Part shown: in pieces, positions 1 through 13,553 of the stretch
Numbering within the stretch: position 1 is the stretch's first letter
How the letters are laid out: each line of letters begins with the position of its first letter
Assembly (NCBI GenBank): GCA_002269645.1
Contig: NIVC01003425.1
Span: forward strand, 91,208-155,207
Length of the DNA stretch: 64,000 bases
Direction of reading: 5' to 3'
Source: Macrostomum lignano
Taxonomy: Eukaryota
Notes under the pieces: model-generated
Databases searched by the model: none
Told to the model about the DNA's origin: nothing
The model's input: the letters and a program-made list of their open reading frames with translations, nothing else
Position numbers and translations under genes: made by a program

Positions 1-98
1 AATCAGTGTCAGCAATCAGTGTCAGCATAGGGATAAGTGTAAGCAGTCAGTGTCAGCATAGGGATAAGTGTCAGCAGTCAGTGTCAGCATAGAGTCAA

Positions 99-2407
99 GT
101 GTCAGCAATCAGTGTCAGTATAGAGTCAAGTGTCGGCAATCAGTGTCAGTGCCCTACAAACCGCAGCCACTCCCACGCATTCCCGCAGCTCCCATCAGCA
201 TCGCCAGCTCCCCCAGCCGCCGTGGCCGTCGCTGGCCTCAGCGCCAGCGAACCCGCAGAGCCTGACGAGCCGGACTTTGTCAGCGCCCTGCCGGACAGGC
301 TGAAGTGCCCCATCTGCCTCGGACACTTGAAGTCGCCGCTGCAGACCTGCTGCGGTCACCGCTTCTGCCGAGGCTGCTTCTTCTCTGCAGCCGCGGCCGC
401 CACTGCCTCCACCACCACCTCCGGGGCAGCTTCAACAGTCCAGCAGGCGCCCCAGCTGCACCATCAGCACCTGCACCTTCATCACCACCAGCAGCATCAT
501 CAGTTCCAGCAGCCTCTGCCAGCTTCGGCAGCCGCAGCAGCAGCAGCTGCCGCCGCCGCAAGCCCGGCCTCTGTCGGCGCCCGCCGCGCCTGCCCGCTGT
601 GCCGCTCGCCGATTCTCGACGTCGGGCCGTCGGCTGCTGGCCGCGGCGGCCTGACCGCTGGCGTGTTCAACGATCTGGCCACGGAGCGCGAGGTCCAGCA
701 GCTGACGGTCCGATGCCCGCGCACCGGCTGCGGCGCCGCCATGGAGCTGGGCGGCCTGAGATCGCACCTGGCTACTGCCTGCCAGTTCGTGGAGGAGCTC
801 TGCCCCGAGCAGTGCCAGGTGAGCAACCATAATTTTGCACATGCAAGCACCCAGTGTGAAACAGCACCCAATGTTCACCTGGCATCCAATGTACACCCGG
901 CACCCAATGTACATCCGGCACCCAATGTACACCCGGCACCCAATGTACACCCGGCACCCATTGTTCACCTGGCATCCAATGTACACCCGGCACCCAATGT
1001 AAACCCGGCACCCAATGTACACCCAGCACCAGTGTACACCCAGCACCCAATGTACACCCGGCATCCAATGTACACCCAGCACCCAATGTACACCCGGCAC
1101 CCAATGTACACCCGGCACCCATTGTTCACCTGGCATCCAATGTACACCCGGCACCCAATGTAAACCCGGCACCCAATGTACACCCAGCACCAGTGTACAC
1201 CCAGCACCCAATGTACACCCGGCATCCAATGTACACCCAGCACCCAATGTACACCCGGCACCCAATGTACACCCAGCACCCAATGTACACCCGGCACCCA
1301 ATGTACACCCGGCACCCAATGTACACCCAGCACCCAATATACACCCGGTACCTAATGTTCACCTGGCATCCAATGTACACTCGGCACCCAATGTACACCC
1401 GGCACCCAATGTACACTCGGCACCCAATGTACACCCGGCACCCAATGTACACCCGGCACCCAATGTACACCCAGCACCCAATATACACCCGGTACCTAAT
1501 GTTCACCTGGCATCCAATGTACACTCGGCACCCAATGTACACCCGGCACCCAATGTACACTCGGCACCCAATGTACACCCGGTACCCAATGTACGCCCGG
1601 CACCCATTGTTCACCTGGCATCCAATGTACACCCGGCACCCAATGTAAACCCGGCACCCAATGTACACCCAGCACCAGTGTACACCCAGCACCCAATGTA
1701 CACCCGGCACCCAATGTACACCCGGCACCCAATGTACACCCAGCACCCAATGTACACCCGGCACCCAATGTACACCCGGCACCCAATGTACACCCAGCAC
1801 CCCGCCGATCATCCCGCAGTCCCGCATCCGCCGCTGCGACCTGGCCGCCCACCGAGCGGCCTGCCGGGAGCGCCAGGTGGCCTGCGTGTTCTGCTCCGCC
1901 TCGGTGCCCTACCGGCAGCTGAACTTTCACTACCTGTTCGGCTGCTCCAATTTCCCCATGCCGTGTCCGCACCGCTGCGGCCGGGTGCTGGCCGGCCATC
2001 AGCGCCTGCACGAGCACGTGGACCGCGCGTGCCCGCTCACCCTGGTGCTCTGCCCCTTCGCCAGCTTCGGCTGTCCGGCTGCCAATCGGCACAGGCGCGA
2101 TCTCGGCCGCCACGTGGCCGAGGCTCACAGCTACCATCTGCAGTTGCTATGGCAACAGCAGCAGCATCCTCATCAGCAGCATCAGCAGCAGCAGCAGCAG
2201 CAGAGAGCCACCACAGCTGATCTGAACTGCATGCTGGACAAGCTGGTGGTGAACCTGCAGCAGCCGATGCAGTCACAGCAGCAGCAGATGTACGCTGCTC
2301 AGCAACAACAGCAGCAAGCGGCTGCTCTGAGGAATCTTCTGCACCAACAACAACAGCAGCAGCAGCAACAGCAGCAGTACCAGCAGTACCAACCCGCTTG
2401 GCGTTAA
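99..2407 (+). CDS. TRAF6-like RING + TRAF-type zinc-finger protein without MATH domain, polyQ C-terminus (2 visible exons; 5' end uncertain)
   Basis: Exon A ~189-818: DFVSALPDRLKCPICLGHLKSPLQTCCGHRFCRGC...CPLC (C3HC4 RING), then FNDLATEREVQQLTVRCPRTGC, resembling the TRAF6 N-terminus. Donor CAG|gtgagc at 818/819; acceptor cccgcag|TCC at 1819/1820, phase 0. Exon B 1820-2407 has TRAF zinc fingers, polyQ and TAA. No ATG seen before the RING; sequence upstream of ~190 is repeat and probably intron. Confidence 0.8.
862..1803. repeat. 18/19-bp minisatellite (cacccaatgtacacccgg) filling the TRAF-like intron
   Basis: Direct tandem repetition between the splice sites; explains the many overlapping low-complexity ORFs here. 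Confidence 0.95.
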
Positions 2408-2413
2408 AATAAA
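2408..2413 (+). promoter_or_regulatory. Polyadenylation signal AATAAA
   Basis: AATAAA immediately after the TAA at 2405-2407. Confidence 0.6.
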
Positions 2414-2772
2414 GTGTCTCACCAGATCGAGCTAGTTGAGTCGAGGAGCCAATCGGCCAACCAGAACTGGCGCACTTTTATTTTTGGTTTTTTGTCGGAT
2501 TTCAAGGAAACGCTTAATCAGTCCCAATAATTATCGTTTCAGTTATTAATTATTAGCTTATTATTAGCCGATATGTAGCCTGCGAGTGTAGAATCCGCTT
2601 CCTGTCTTCTGGATTTTTCCGTTGCGTCAATCTGTCCTGAGGTTTTTGATTTCGCATCCTGGTTGATTTCTGTTAGAATATGGGAGACAGACCGCAGAGT
2701 GTTTAACCATATTCTCAGGCTGAGCTGCCTTACTGAAGAGCCCTGATGTAGTCCACACCGTTCCAGAAACTT

Positions 2773-3263
2773 AGTTGCTGGGCCAGCCTCCCAGATCCTC
2801 AGTTGCTGGGCCAGCCTCCCAGATCCTCAGTTGCTGGGCCAGCCTCCCAGATCCTCAGTTGCTGGGCCACCAGCCTCCCAGATCCTCATTTGCTGGGCCA
2901 CCAGCCTCCCAGATCCTCAGTTGCTGGGCCACCAGCCTCCCAGATCCTCAGTTGCTAGGCCACCAGCCTCCCAGATCCTCAGTTGCTGGGCCAGCCTCCC
3001 AGATCCTCAGTTGCTGGGCCAGCCTCCCAGATCCTCAGTTTCTGGGCCACCAGCCTCCCAGATCCTCAGTTGCTGGGCCAGCCTCCCAGATCCTCAGTTG
3101 CTGGGCCACCAGCCTCCCAGATCCTCAGTTGCCTGGGCCACCAGCCTCCCAGATCCTCAGTTGCTGGGCCACCAGCCTCCCAGATCCTCAGTTGCTAGGC
3201 CACCAGCCTCCCAGATCCTCAGTTGCTGGGCCACCAGCCTCCCAGATCCTCAGTTGCTAGGCC
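2773..3263. repeat. 28/31-bp minisatellite (ccagcctcccagatcctcagttgctggg[cca])
   Basis: Direct tandem repetition. Confidence 0.95.
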
Positions 3264-4792
3264 AGCCTTCCAGAGCCTCAACCACAGCCCCTCTCTCCGT
3301 CTGTCTCTCAGTCTCACCCGCAGTCCTGGGGCAGAGGCGGTTCGCCTTGCTGTACCGGTCGGTCACTGCTTGAAGGTTCCAGCCTCCTGTGATGACGTCA
3401 TACCACTGGAAGCCGCATCTCACTTACGCCGCTTCTCAACTGACCATCCCTCAATCTGCTGCCAGCTCACTGATTCGCATCAAGTATTAATTATTAATGC
3501 CTTGACTGCTCGCGCTGCGTTCGCGGCTCCTGGTGGGCCGAGCTTAATTTCTGTTAATAATTCTCTCCAATCTGCCGTAGGCTTCTGTTGTGCGTTTATT
3601 TGCTATAATATAAACTTTCTATAATTGCGTTTCTGCGTTTGGTTCTTGTTTTCAAATTGACAACTTGATTAGCTTGGTGTCCGCCTGATCCAGCTGCTCT
3701 GATGGATTTTTATACTATACAAAATCTGTATTGTAAGCGGTCTGTTTTGCACAAGTATCGGTCTGCTGTAATATTTTTACCTCTGTTTAATTGAGTCTGT
3801 TTCACCACTCGCTTATCCAATATGCAGTCTGCTGTTCTGGTGTGTTCTTATCATGTGTCCTGAGCTGCAGTGCTTTTCTTCGGTATTGATTTTAGGCGGG
3901 TGTCTATTCAAAAAATTAAATTTTGGTGTTTTTTATCGTCTAATCAAATTTTAAACACATTTTATTAAGCGTACTACTTTTGGTAGTAGTCTGTTGTGAA
4001 TAGCGATTGTTTTTTTAGAAGTATCTCGGGTTTTTTGGTTGATTTCAAACTGACGCGCATCTTTTTAAGCTTTTTATCCGTTCTAAGCTAATTATAAAAA
4101 ATAATGTGTTGCTATTAAATAATTTTATGCTGGTTAATTACCTCTATTTATTAGGTGATTTTAGGATTTTAATTTGGGTCATTAAGCTTAATCACGTAGT
4201 AAGGCTAAAGCTGTGTTTATTTACTAATCAGCTTGTTTTATATTTACAGGCTTTGTGACCCCACTGACCCCTCATCTGCAGGCTTTGTGACCCCCCTGAC
4301 CCCCATTTACAGACTTTGTGACCCTCCCTGACCCCTCTTTTTCAGGTCATTGCTGACGCTCCTTGACCCCTCTGTCAGGTCATTGGTGACCCTCCTTGAA
4401 CTAATTCCTAATTCAGTTATTTATAGTTTCATCTGGTTAAAAGTTTATCCTGGGTGTCCCTGAACTGCTCTTGCACTGTAGCCATAGACTGACTGCTTTA
4501 TCGAGTCTGTAGCTCCATGTACCCGCTTAGGCGATTTTTTACAAACCTTCACCAATTGGTCCGTGTGTATTTTTACCTTTTAATAATTTTTAATTACATA
4601 TTCTGTGCTTCTCCTAAAACATCGATATTATTCTGGTTTGTTAATTCAGTTTTAACTAGGTGATACTGGCTACTCACTGTTTAATTCTGAGCTGATGGAG
4701 TTTTAACTGTGCCTTTTTATGAATGCGATTGAATTGACTATTTGCTGAACTGTGCTGTCTGTTCTGATAACAGCCAATACTCGTCTTTATTA

Positions 4793-6450
4793 TGCAGGTA
4801 GAATTGCCCTTAGTCTACAGGTAGAATTGCCTTTAGTCTACAGGTAGAATTGCCCTTGGACTACAGGTAGAATTGCCCTTAGTCTACAGGTAGAATTGCC
4901 CTTGGTCTACAGGTAGAATTGCCCTTAGTCTACAGGTAGAATTGCCCTTAGTCTACAGGTAGAATTGCCCTTAGTCTACAGGTAGAATTGCCCTTAGTCT
5001 ACAGGTAGAATTGCCCTTGGTCTACAGGTAGAATTGCCCTTAGTCTACAGGTAGAATTGCCCTTTGTCTACAGGTAGAATTGCCCTTAGTCTACAGGTAG
5101 AATTGCCCTTTGTCTACAGGTAGAATTGCCCTAAGTCTACAGGTAGAATTGCCCTTAGTCTACAGGTAGAATTGCCCTTAGTCTACAGGTAGAATTGCCC
5201 TTAGTCTACAGGTAGAATTGCCCTTAGTCTACAGGTAGAATTGCCCTTGGTCTACAGGTAGAATTGCCCTTAGTCTACAGGTAGAATTGCCCTTAGTCTA
5301 CAGGTAGAATTGCCCTTAGTCTACAGGTAGAATTGCCCTTAGTCTACAGGTAGAATTGCCCTTAGTCTACAGGTAGAATTGCCCTTAGTCTACAGGTAGA
5401 ATTGCCCTTAGTCTACAGGTAGAATTGCCCTTAGTCTACAGGTAGAATTGCCCTTAGTCTACAGGTAGAATTGCCCTTAGTCTACAGGTAGAATTGCCCT
5501 TAGTCTACAGGTAGAATTGCCCTTGGTCTACAGGTAGAATTGCCCTTAGTCTACAGGTAGATTTGCCCTTAGTCTACAGGTAGAATTGCCCTTAGTCTAC
5601 AGGTAGAATTGCCCTTAGTCTACAGGTAGAATTGCTCTTAGTCTACAGGTAGAATTGCCCTTAGTCTACAGGTAGAATTGCCCTTAGTCTACAGGTAGAA
5701 TTGCCCTTGATCTACAGGTAGAATTGCCTTTAGTCTACAGGTAGAATTGCCCTTGGTCTACAGGTAGAATTGCCCTTAGTCTACAGGTAGAATTGCCCTT
5801 AGTCTACAGGTAGAATTGCCCTTAGTCTACAGGTAGAATTGCCCTTAGTCTACAGGTAGAATTGCCCTTAGTCTACAGGTAGAATTGCTCTTAGTCTACA
5901 GGTAGAATTGCCCTTAGTCTACAGGTAGAATTGCCCTTAGTCTACAGGTAGAATTGCCCTTGATCTACAGGTAGAATTGCCTTTAGTCTACAGGTAGAAT
6001 TGCCCTTGGTCTACAGGTAGAATTGCCCTTAGTCTACAGGTAGAATTGCCCTTGATCTACAGGTAGAATTGCCTTTAGTCTACAGGTAGAATTGCTCTTA
6101 GTCTACAGGTAGAATTGCCCTTAGTCTACAGGTAGAATTGCCCTTAGTCTACAGGTAGAATTGCCCTTGATCTACAGGTAGAATTGCCTTTAGTCTACAG
6201 GTAGAATTGCCCTTGGTCTACAGGTAGAATTGCCCTTAGTCTACAGGTAGAATTGCCCTTGATCTACAGGTAGAATTGCCTTTAGTCTACAGGTAGAATT
6301 GCCCTTAGTCTACAGGTAGAATTGCCCTTGATCTACAGGTAGAATTGCCCTTAGTCTACAGTAGAATTGCTCTTAGTCTACAGGTAGAATTGCCCTTAGT
6401 CTACAGGTAGAATTGCTCTTAGTCTACAGGTAGAATTGCTCTTAGTCTAC
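4793..6450. repeat. 23-bp minisatellite (ctacaggtagaattgcccttagt), about 72 copies
   Basis: Highly homogeneous tandem array with no spacers. Confidence 0.97.
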
Positions 6451-6944
6451 AGAATTATCAGCAAACCAGGCGGCACAGTTAATAAAATTCAACCATTAGA
6501 AAGCTTAATAACTATTATTTGTTTAGTCTAACCAACTGATAACTGGCTGTTGTTATTCAATAAGGTAGCATAACATTATTATACTTTATTAATTACATTA
6601 ATATAGACTTTCTGGCACGTTCGAATTGATTAAACTAAATTTCAGCATATTAGCACTGTAGCTGTTGGGGCTGATTCCTCGATTCTTGTGTCTGCGCTTT
6701 TCTTACTCTTTAATAAAACTTTTTATTTTCTCTTGATCCATCGTTGGATCCTGTGGGATTTAGTAATTCTTTCTTTATTATTCAACAATAAATAAATGTT
6801 TATGTATGTAGTGGCTCACCTGCTCTTTGTGTCTCCTATTCGCAGAACTGATTTTACTGTTGCACACAGGACCTTCAATTCTTGACGCGTTTGGAGTTTG
6901 TTTAGTGCAGTTCATTTTTCATCTCTGTTGGCATCATTGACGCG

Positions 6945-7548
6945 ATGGATCAGTGATGAGTTGCTGAGATGCCATGGCTCAGTGATGAGTTGCTGAGATG
7001 CCATGGATCAGTGATGAGTTGCTGAGATGCCATGGATCAGTGATGAGTTGCTGGGATGCCATGGATCAGTGATGAGTTGCTGAGATGCCATGGCTCAGTG
7101 ATGAGTTGCTGGGATGCCATGGATCAGTGGGGAGTTGCTGAGATGCCATGGATCAGTGGGGAGTTGCTGAGATGCCATGGATCAATGGGGAGTTGCTGAA
7201 ATGCCATGGATCATTGGGGAGTTGCTGAAATGCCATGGATCATTGGGGAGTTGCTGAAATGCCATGGATCATTGGGGAGTTGCTGAGATGCCATGGCTCA
7301 GTGGCGAGTTGGTGAGATGCCATGGATCAGTGGGGAGTTGCTGAGATGCCATGGATCAGTGGGGAGTTGCTGAAATGCCATGGATCATTGGGGAGTTGCT
7401 GAAATGCCATGGATCATTGGGAAGTTGTTGAAATGCCATGGATCAGTGGGGAGTTGCTGAAATGCCATGGATCAGTGGAAGTTGCTGAGATGTCAATTGG
7501 CTCAATGGGGAGTTGCTGAGATGCCATGGCTCAATGGGGAGTTGCTGA
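6945..7548. repeat. ~29-bp minisatellite (gttgctgagatgccatggatcagtg...), array 1 of 3
   Basis: Tandem repeat; same family at ~13790-14035 and ~14922-15465. Confidence 0.93.
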
Positions 7549-7770
7549 CACTGCTGAGTACACGGGGGTAAATGCCGCGGTCAGAGCCGTGGCGGAGCAA
7601 GCGACCCCGTTGATGCGACCGGCCCAACGTAAGCAGCCGGTCTTTCAGGATGAACCTACGATTCGGCAAATGAGGGCAGAGCTGGAGAGGCTCCTTCTGA
7701 GCAGGCGGCTAACTCGTGAGGGAACTCGTGAGACCAGCTGATGAAGTCTTCACTTCATACATAACCATAA

Positions 7771-8154
7771 TAATAATAATAATAGAGGCAGGGGGGTTGT
7801 GTGCACCCTGGCGCACTTTAAGCGACATAGGCACACAACCGGCGAGAGGCATTACTGCCCATTCCGCCGACTCCCCTGAGCAGGCACACAAGCGCGCGGA
7901 TACGTACGCAGGCACACACTCACACAGGAGTGTACAGCGGCCCTAACTTTATATTATCGTTAGGCATGTACACTTCACGTCTTCACTGCGCCTTGGGGGG
8001 GGGGGGGGGGGTTGGCTCTCAAGGCCGTTAATTGCACGAGCAGAGCCAAGCCGAGATTCCAATTTAGCCCCAAATTAATGTGACTGCACTTGGAATCGAG
8101 CCTGGGTCGCTGGCACACCAGAGCAGCTGCGCTACCGCTGGGCTACGGCCCCCC
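7771..8154 (-). mobile_element. tRNA-derived SINE, copy A, (ATT)n tail
   Basis: Minus strand starts GGGGGCCGTAGCCCAGCGG (A box) ...GGCTCGATTCC (B box). Body near-identical to 43381-43757. 16-bp TSD tcatacataaccataa (7755-7770) / tcatgcataaccataa (8155-8170). Confidence 0.9.
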
Positions 8155-9734
8155 TCATGCATAACCATAAGTAGCAATTGGCAACTCTTTGTCCGACAGT
8201 GATGGCTTATTATTGCAGGAAGGCTGCGGGCACCCTGACAAAGCGCCTTGGACGACTTCCTCTCACAACCAGCGCTGAGGCAATTCTGCACATTCCGCGG
8301 ACTCCTGAACGCATACAGCGCGCCAATACTGTACGCAGACACGCACTCATGCACAGGGGCTGGGTCTGCTCTAACGGCAGTTTTTTCTCATGGATCAATA
8401 TGTTGCACAGTTATTTCTTTCGTTGGTTAGAATACCTTAACTTCACCGAAAGTACCCGTCGTCGCCTTTTCCTCCAATTTTTGTCTTCTGTTACGTGAGC
8501 AAAATCCAAATCAGCACTTTGAAACCTGATACGAGTATTCTTAATGTTTCTGAGTTCAGAACACTGGTAAAACAGAAATGATCTTTTCAAGCCTAATCTG
8601 TATCGAGACCTGCGGGAATTCACAACAGCTCAGAACCCAAGGAGCGGCGATGCTCAGACTATGAAAGAGGTCAGGAATGGCACTGGCACTGTTTACACTA
8701 TCAGTTTTTAAGCCGTAAAAATCTTTCCAATGGAGAGCCTTGACACTAAGCGACCTTATCTACATGTACATGCAGAGTCTCTAGAGCCATTTAAGGAATG
8801 CAGTTAATGGATTTTATCCAGTGCCAAAAATTAATCCAGCTGTGACGGCCCATCTGCCAGCAAGTGGGTCTCATGCAGCTCGATTCGGCTCACAAAGGCA
8901 GAGAAGCGAAGCGGCTCTCTGTTAGAGTCAATCTAATGGGATTTTCGACCGTGCCAGATTCCGCCTCACTTGGACTGCAGCCTGTAGCCTTACGGGCTCC
9001 ATTTGTAAAAACATTTCAATTCCGCCGATTTTAGTATATTTCTACTAGCAATCTAGTGCCCCCTTTTCAGCAAGGATCCAAATTTATTTATGCAAATCCA
9101 TTGAAAGAACGATTTTTTAGAATTTTTGAAAATTTAGCACATTTTCTAAAGCAGCAATTCCTTCTTCGTTTTTTAAATCACCTCGTCTGAGTAAAATTGT
9201 CACGGACAAAGATGTTTGCTATGAGCACTAAGTGCAATCCGAACAAAATTCATCTCTAATCTTCGACGTATGATTTGAACTATATTTACTGAACTGAATC
9301 AGCACGCAACACCTTATTTTCAAAATGATTTTGGAAACCAGATGGACCAGATGGAATATCCCCAAAGCAATCTGATTTCATATAAAATATCAGCCATTAA
9401 ATTAAGCTGTCTATGGTTGGAATGTTCGAGGCTGCATATACATGTACGCTCGTATTGGTCCCGAGGCGAGCGAAGCCCTTAAAGCATTGGGTAATATAAA
9501 ATATACCATTATAATATACTTAATCTTTGATAAGTGAACCAAGCTATTGCAGACTTGCTGCCAATGTCTATGGTCTGAATTAAGGTCAATCACAGAATTT
9601 TTAAAAAGCGTCTGCTAAGATCGACAGCGACATTATGGTCGTACTTTTTGTCACTTATTTCGCCCCGCGGGATTCGGCTCCTCGATCCGGTGCAACTTGA
9701 ACTGCAGCAAAGCTTTCCCATTGCTGCTCTGCGA

Positions 9735-9800
9735 GGGGCCGTAGCCCAGTGGTCTGGCGCGGCGCTCTGATGTACCAGCGGCCCAGGCTCGGTTCAAAAT
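9735..9800 (+). pseudogene. Diverged tRNA-like SINE head related to the SINE family
   Basis: ggggccgtagcccagtggtctggcgcggcgctctgatgtaccagcggcccaggctcggttc aligns with the SINE head; downstream body differs. Confidence 0.55.
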
Positions 9801-10630
9801 TCAGTCTCGTGTCTATCTGATGAGATCTTCTGTTTCCTATGGGTCAAAGGCGTGTACAACTGTTAACAAAAATAAATTTCACACCAAAATTTTCAGATTA
9901 GCTGCTCCAGAGGACCCTCTTTGGGCCATAGACAGTCCTTAAAGAAGACAGTCTGCTTTGTTAAAGCAACGCACCAGTCTCGGTGCCGACAGTAGTCAGC
10001 AGGCACAGGGAGAAACCAACAGCTAGTAGGAATTGTGACATGATGTCATGACATGACATTCTCGCCATCGTAGGTTCTTTTGTATTTACGTGACAAAGTT
10101 TCCATGGTTACCTCGGACTGGCGTCAGGGTCTTCTGGTTGGTGTACGAGAGGCCTTCTTGAATTCCTTTCTGCCCCCGCAGTTGGAGCGTCCCTGTCTCT
10201 GCCTCTCCATCTGCTTTTCCCGCATTCTGCCCGGTCTATAATTTTGCACAACTGCGCTAATGGCTTCCCAGGCGTAAACCATGTGGGAATTATGCTGGCG
10301 CATTCATATCAGCATAGCATGCCATACTGAATATCGTTTTGACGTGCCGGCATTATATTACTAGATCAGTATAAAGAGCCAGCTTAATTCTGGTTTTATG
10401 CCAACGATCGGCTAGCTACCTATGTGCCTGTTTTACTAACATAGTGAGCCAATCACGTACAGAAGCTTTGCGTGATTGTACTTTTACTTTGCATACCTCC
10501 TATGAATTCCACAAGGCGTGTAGGAAGTGGTAGTGGTTTGTTCTGCATTATGAAGTTTTTAGAGTCAGCTTTTGTAACCAAGCGTCCCTTTATGCCATGG
10601 CTTAACCCTTACTTACCTCTCCAAAGGTAG

Positions 10631-11594
10631 CAGGGCGACGCCATGGATTTTATGGTGGGGGGACAAAGCCAAGACTTCCACATGTACATGTACAGGACTA
10701 AATACCTACATGAACATTATTTTCAGAATTGGTGTTTTCAGCGTTCATTTTAGCGCCGCAGGCACCCATTTTAGCGCCGCAGACACTCATTTTAGCGCCG
10801 CAGGCACTCATTCTAGCGCCGCAGGCACTCATTTTAGCGCCTCAGGCACTCATTCTAGCGCCGCAGGCACTCATTTTAGCGCCGCAGGCACTCATTCTAG
10901 CGCCGCAGGCACTCATTCTAGCGCCTCAGGCACTCATTTTAGCGCCGCAGGCACTCATTTTAGCGCCGCAGGCACTCATTCTAGCGCCGCAGGCACTCAT
11001 TCTAGCGCCGCAGGCACTCATTTTAGCGCCGCAGGCACTCATTCTAGCGCCGCAGGCACTCATTCTAGCGCCGCAGGCACTCATTTTAGCGCCGCAGGCA
11101 CTCATTCTAGCGCCGCAGGCACTCATTTTAGCGCCTCAGGCACTCATTCTAGCGCCGCAGGCACTCATTTTAGCGCCGCAGGCACTCATTCTAGCGCCGC
11201 AGGCACTCATTCTAGCGCCTCAGGCACTCATTTTAGCGCCGCAGGCACTCATTTTAGCGCCGCAGGCACTCATTCTAGCGCCGCAGGCACTCATTTTAGC
11301 GCCGCAGGCACTCATTCTAGCGCCGCAGGCACTCATTTTAGCGCCTCAGGCACTCATTCTAGCGCCGCAGGCACTCATTTTAGCGCCGCAGGCACTCATT
11401 CTAGCGCCGCAGGCACTCATTCTAGCGCCTCAGGCGCTATGTTTAGTCACCATAAAGCAATTTTTTTATTTCAATAACAGGTAAGCAAAGGTTGGGGTGG
11501 GGGGACAAATCATTGGCTTGTCCCCCCGCGTAACTTTTACTGGGGGGGCATGCCCCTCCACCCTGTCCCCACGGTGTCGATGTCGACGCCCCTG
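10631..11594. mobile_element. Non-autonomous hAT-type element (MITE) containing a 21-bp minisatellite
   Basis: Ends CAGGGCGACGCC... / ...GTCGACGCCCCTG. 8-bp TSD aaaggtag / gaaggtag (7/8). Internal array cattttagcgccgcaggcact at ~10745-11435. Confidence 0.65.
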
Positions 11595-12447
11595 GAAGGT
11601 AGCTCTTCTTGGAGGAAATCCAAGTCTTTTCACCATCTTCGTTGCGACTTCCCAATAATACAGCTTAGTGATAGGTTTTATTGCAGGTAGACTGAGAAGG
11701 CCCTGTAGAATTGCCTTGTAAAGCATTGTTTCTCTAAGCATCTTTAAAGCTTGCAAGGACTCAGCCGTCTCTCACAAACAAGCATGTCACGGTCAAAGAC
11801 ACTGCTCAAAGTCAATTCGCAGGGCTGTCAGGTGTCACGCATTGGAACTCATGCAGTCCAGCTTTGCAAAGCAGCCCAGAAGGTCCCTGACACTTGGAGT
11901 GGTGCTGGAGCTAGATTGAAATTATTGTAAATATGAAAAAGTGTATTTGATTTGAAATTATAAATGGAAATGACAGCACTGAAATTTATTACTGAACAGG
12001 GAGTTTAAATATGAAAAATTTTTGAAAAGTGCACCTCGGTGCACTGATAAGACATGACTAATTAGAAATTCAAATGTTTGCTTTTGGAGGCTGCGAGCCC
12101 AGCCCCATCTGCACCTGCCTGCCCTCTCTCGGGTCCCCTGCCGCAGCAGAAGCTCTGAGTCAGTACGCATTTATGGACAGCAGCTTGACAACAAGGAAAG
12201 CAATGGGGTTTGCTGCTCACCTGCTAAAGCTGCTTTCCCCATCCAGCATGCACCCTGCCTGCAGCCTCTGCATTTTCCAGCTCAGATTCCATCAGCCATC
12301 AGCTCAGCTCGGTGCCTGCCGACCGACACTTCAGCATTTGCACAGATTTGTGACCTCGACAGCTCAGCTTCTCTATTCTCCATCAGATGGGATGTAGGGT
12401 GACGCGGACGGGCAGGGAGAGAGACAGGCTGGGATGTAGATTGGTGA

Positions 12448-12810
12448 CAGCTACAGCACACACAGCTACAGCACACATCAACAGCACACAGCTACAGCAC
12501 ACACAGCTACAGCACACAGCTACAGCACACAGCTACAGCACACAGCTACAGCACACACAGCTACAGCACACAGCTACAGCACACAGCTACAGCACACAGC
12601 TACAGCACACACAGCTACAGCACACAGCTACAGCACACAGCTACAGCACACAGCTACAGCACACAGCTACAGCACACAGCTACAGCACACAGCTACAGCA
12701 CACAGCTACAGCACACAGCTACAGCACACAGCTACAGCACACAGCTACAGCACACAGCTACAGCACACAGCTACAGCACACACAGCTACAGCACACATCA
12801 ACAGCACACA
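12448..12810. repeat. 13-bp minisatellite (acacagctacagc)
   Basis: Direct tandem repetition. Confidence 0.95.
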
Positions 12811-13553
12811 GGTTACAAAGGCTCGTAGAATGATTACAGCAGCTGATGGCAAATAGCAAAAATCTTGAGTACCGTTTGGCATTTGAGCAGCTTCACTGCT
12901 TGAAGGTGGAAAGAGATTAAAACAGTGACGGGAAGAGAAAACAGAGGCGGTAACGACTGCGGTGCAGATAAACAAGTTTAAAAATGAGAAAAGTTCATTA
13001 GTGCATCTGTCACTCAGCGCAGGGGCATTGAAGCAGTCCCAGCCTGTGTGTGCAGCATATTCATAAACAGTTCTGGGATGAATAGTGTGAGAATCAAGAG
13101 AACTCGAGACACGAAAGTTGCATAAATTTGGTCTGAAATTTGAGCGGGCTGTAAATGTTTTAAAACAATTCCAAATTGTATTCAGATTTGCCAGAAATTT
13201 TCACTGTGCAAGAAATCCTCAGTAATTGATTACAAGGCCTTGAAAATATTTCAACACGGTCTCTGAATGCGACATTTTAGAGATGGGAATTAGTTCTAAG
13301 TAAAATCAGCCAGTCACAGAAAGTTTAATAAAACTTCACCGTGTTATATAACTGCCTAAAGTACAAAACACCAAATTAAAAGTGCATGCGCTGGTATCAA
13401 AACACTCGTTAAAATGGAAGAATCGAAACGCAAACTGAAGCATGCATATCATTATATGTAGGAATGAAATTAGGGAAGATTCAAAAAAAAGAATTGTAAG
13501 CTAGACTGCCGAAACAATAAATCTTCTGCAACAGTTTGAGAAACCATCTCGTC

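Noticed and set aside
772-1827. Many 100-400-aa ORFs on both strands (PAPNVH, MYTRHP, GAGCTL repeats)
   Set aside because: Translations of the intronic 18-bp minisatellite; the flanking exons splice in frame without them.
4793-6450. Long regular array as a possible CRISPR (also the other minisatellites)
   Set aside because: Units are head-to-tail with no unique spacers, there are no cas genes, and the context is eukaryotic.
7526-8500. Coding-like fragments on both sides of SINE copy A, possibly a non-LTR retrotransposon linker
   Set aside because: Frameshifted, with no RT or endonuclease motif I can identify confidently.
10710-11484. 255-aa and 251-aa repetitive ORFs (also those at 2775-3373, 12387-12833, 21610-21883, 22659-23501)
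   Set aside because: Stop-free tandem repeats with no other coding evidence.
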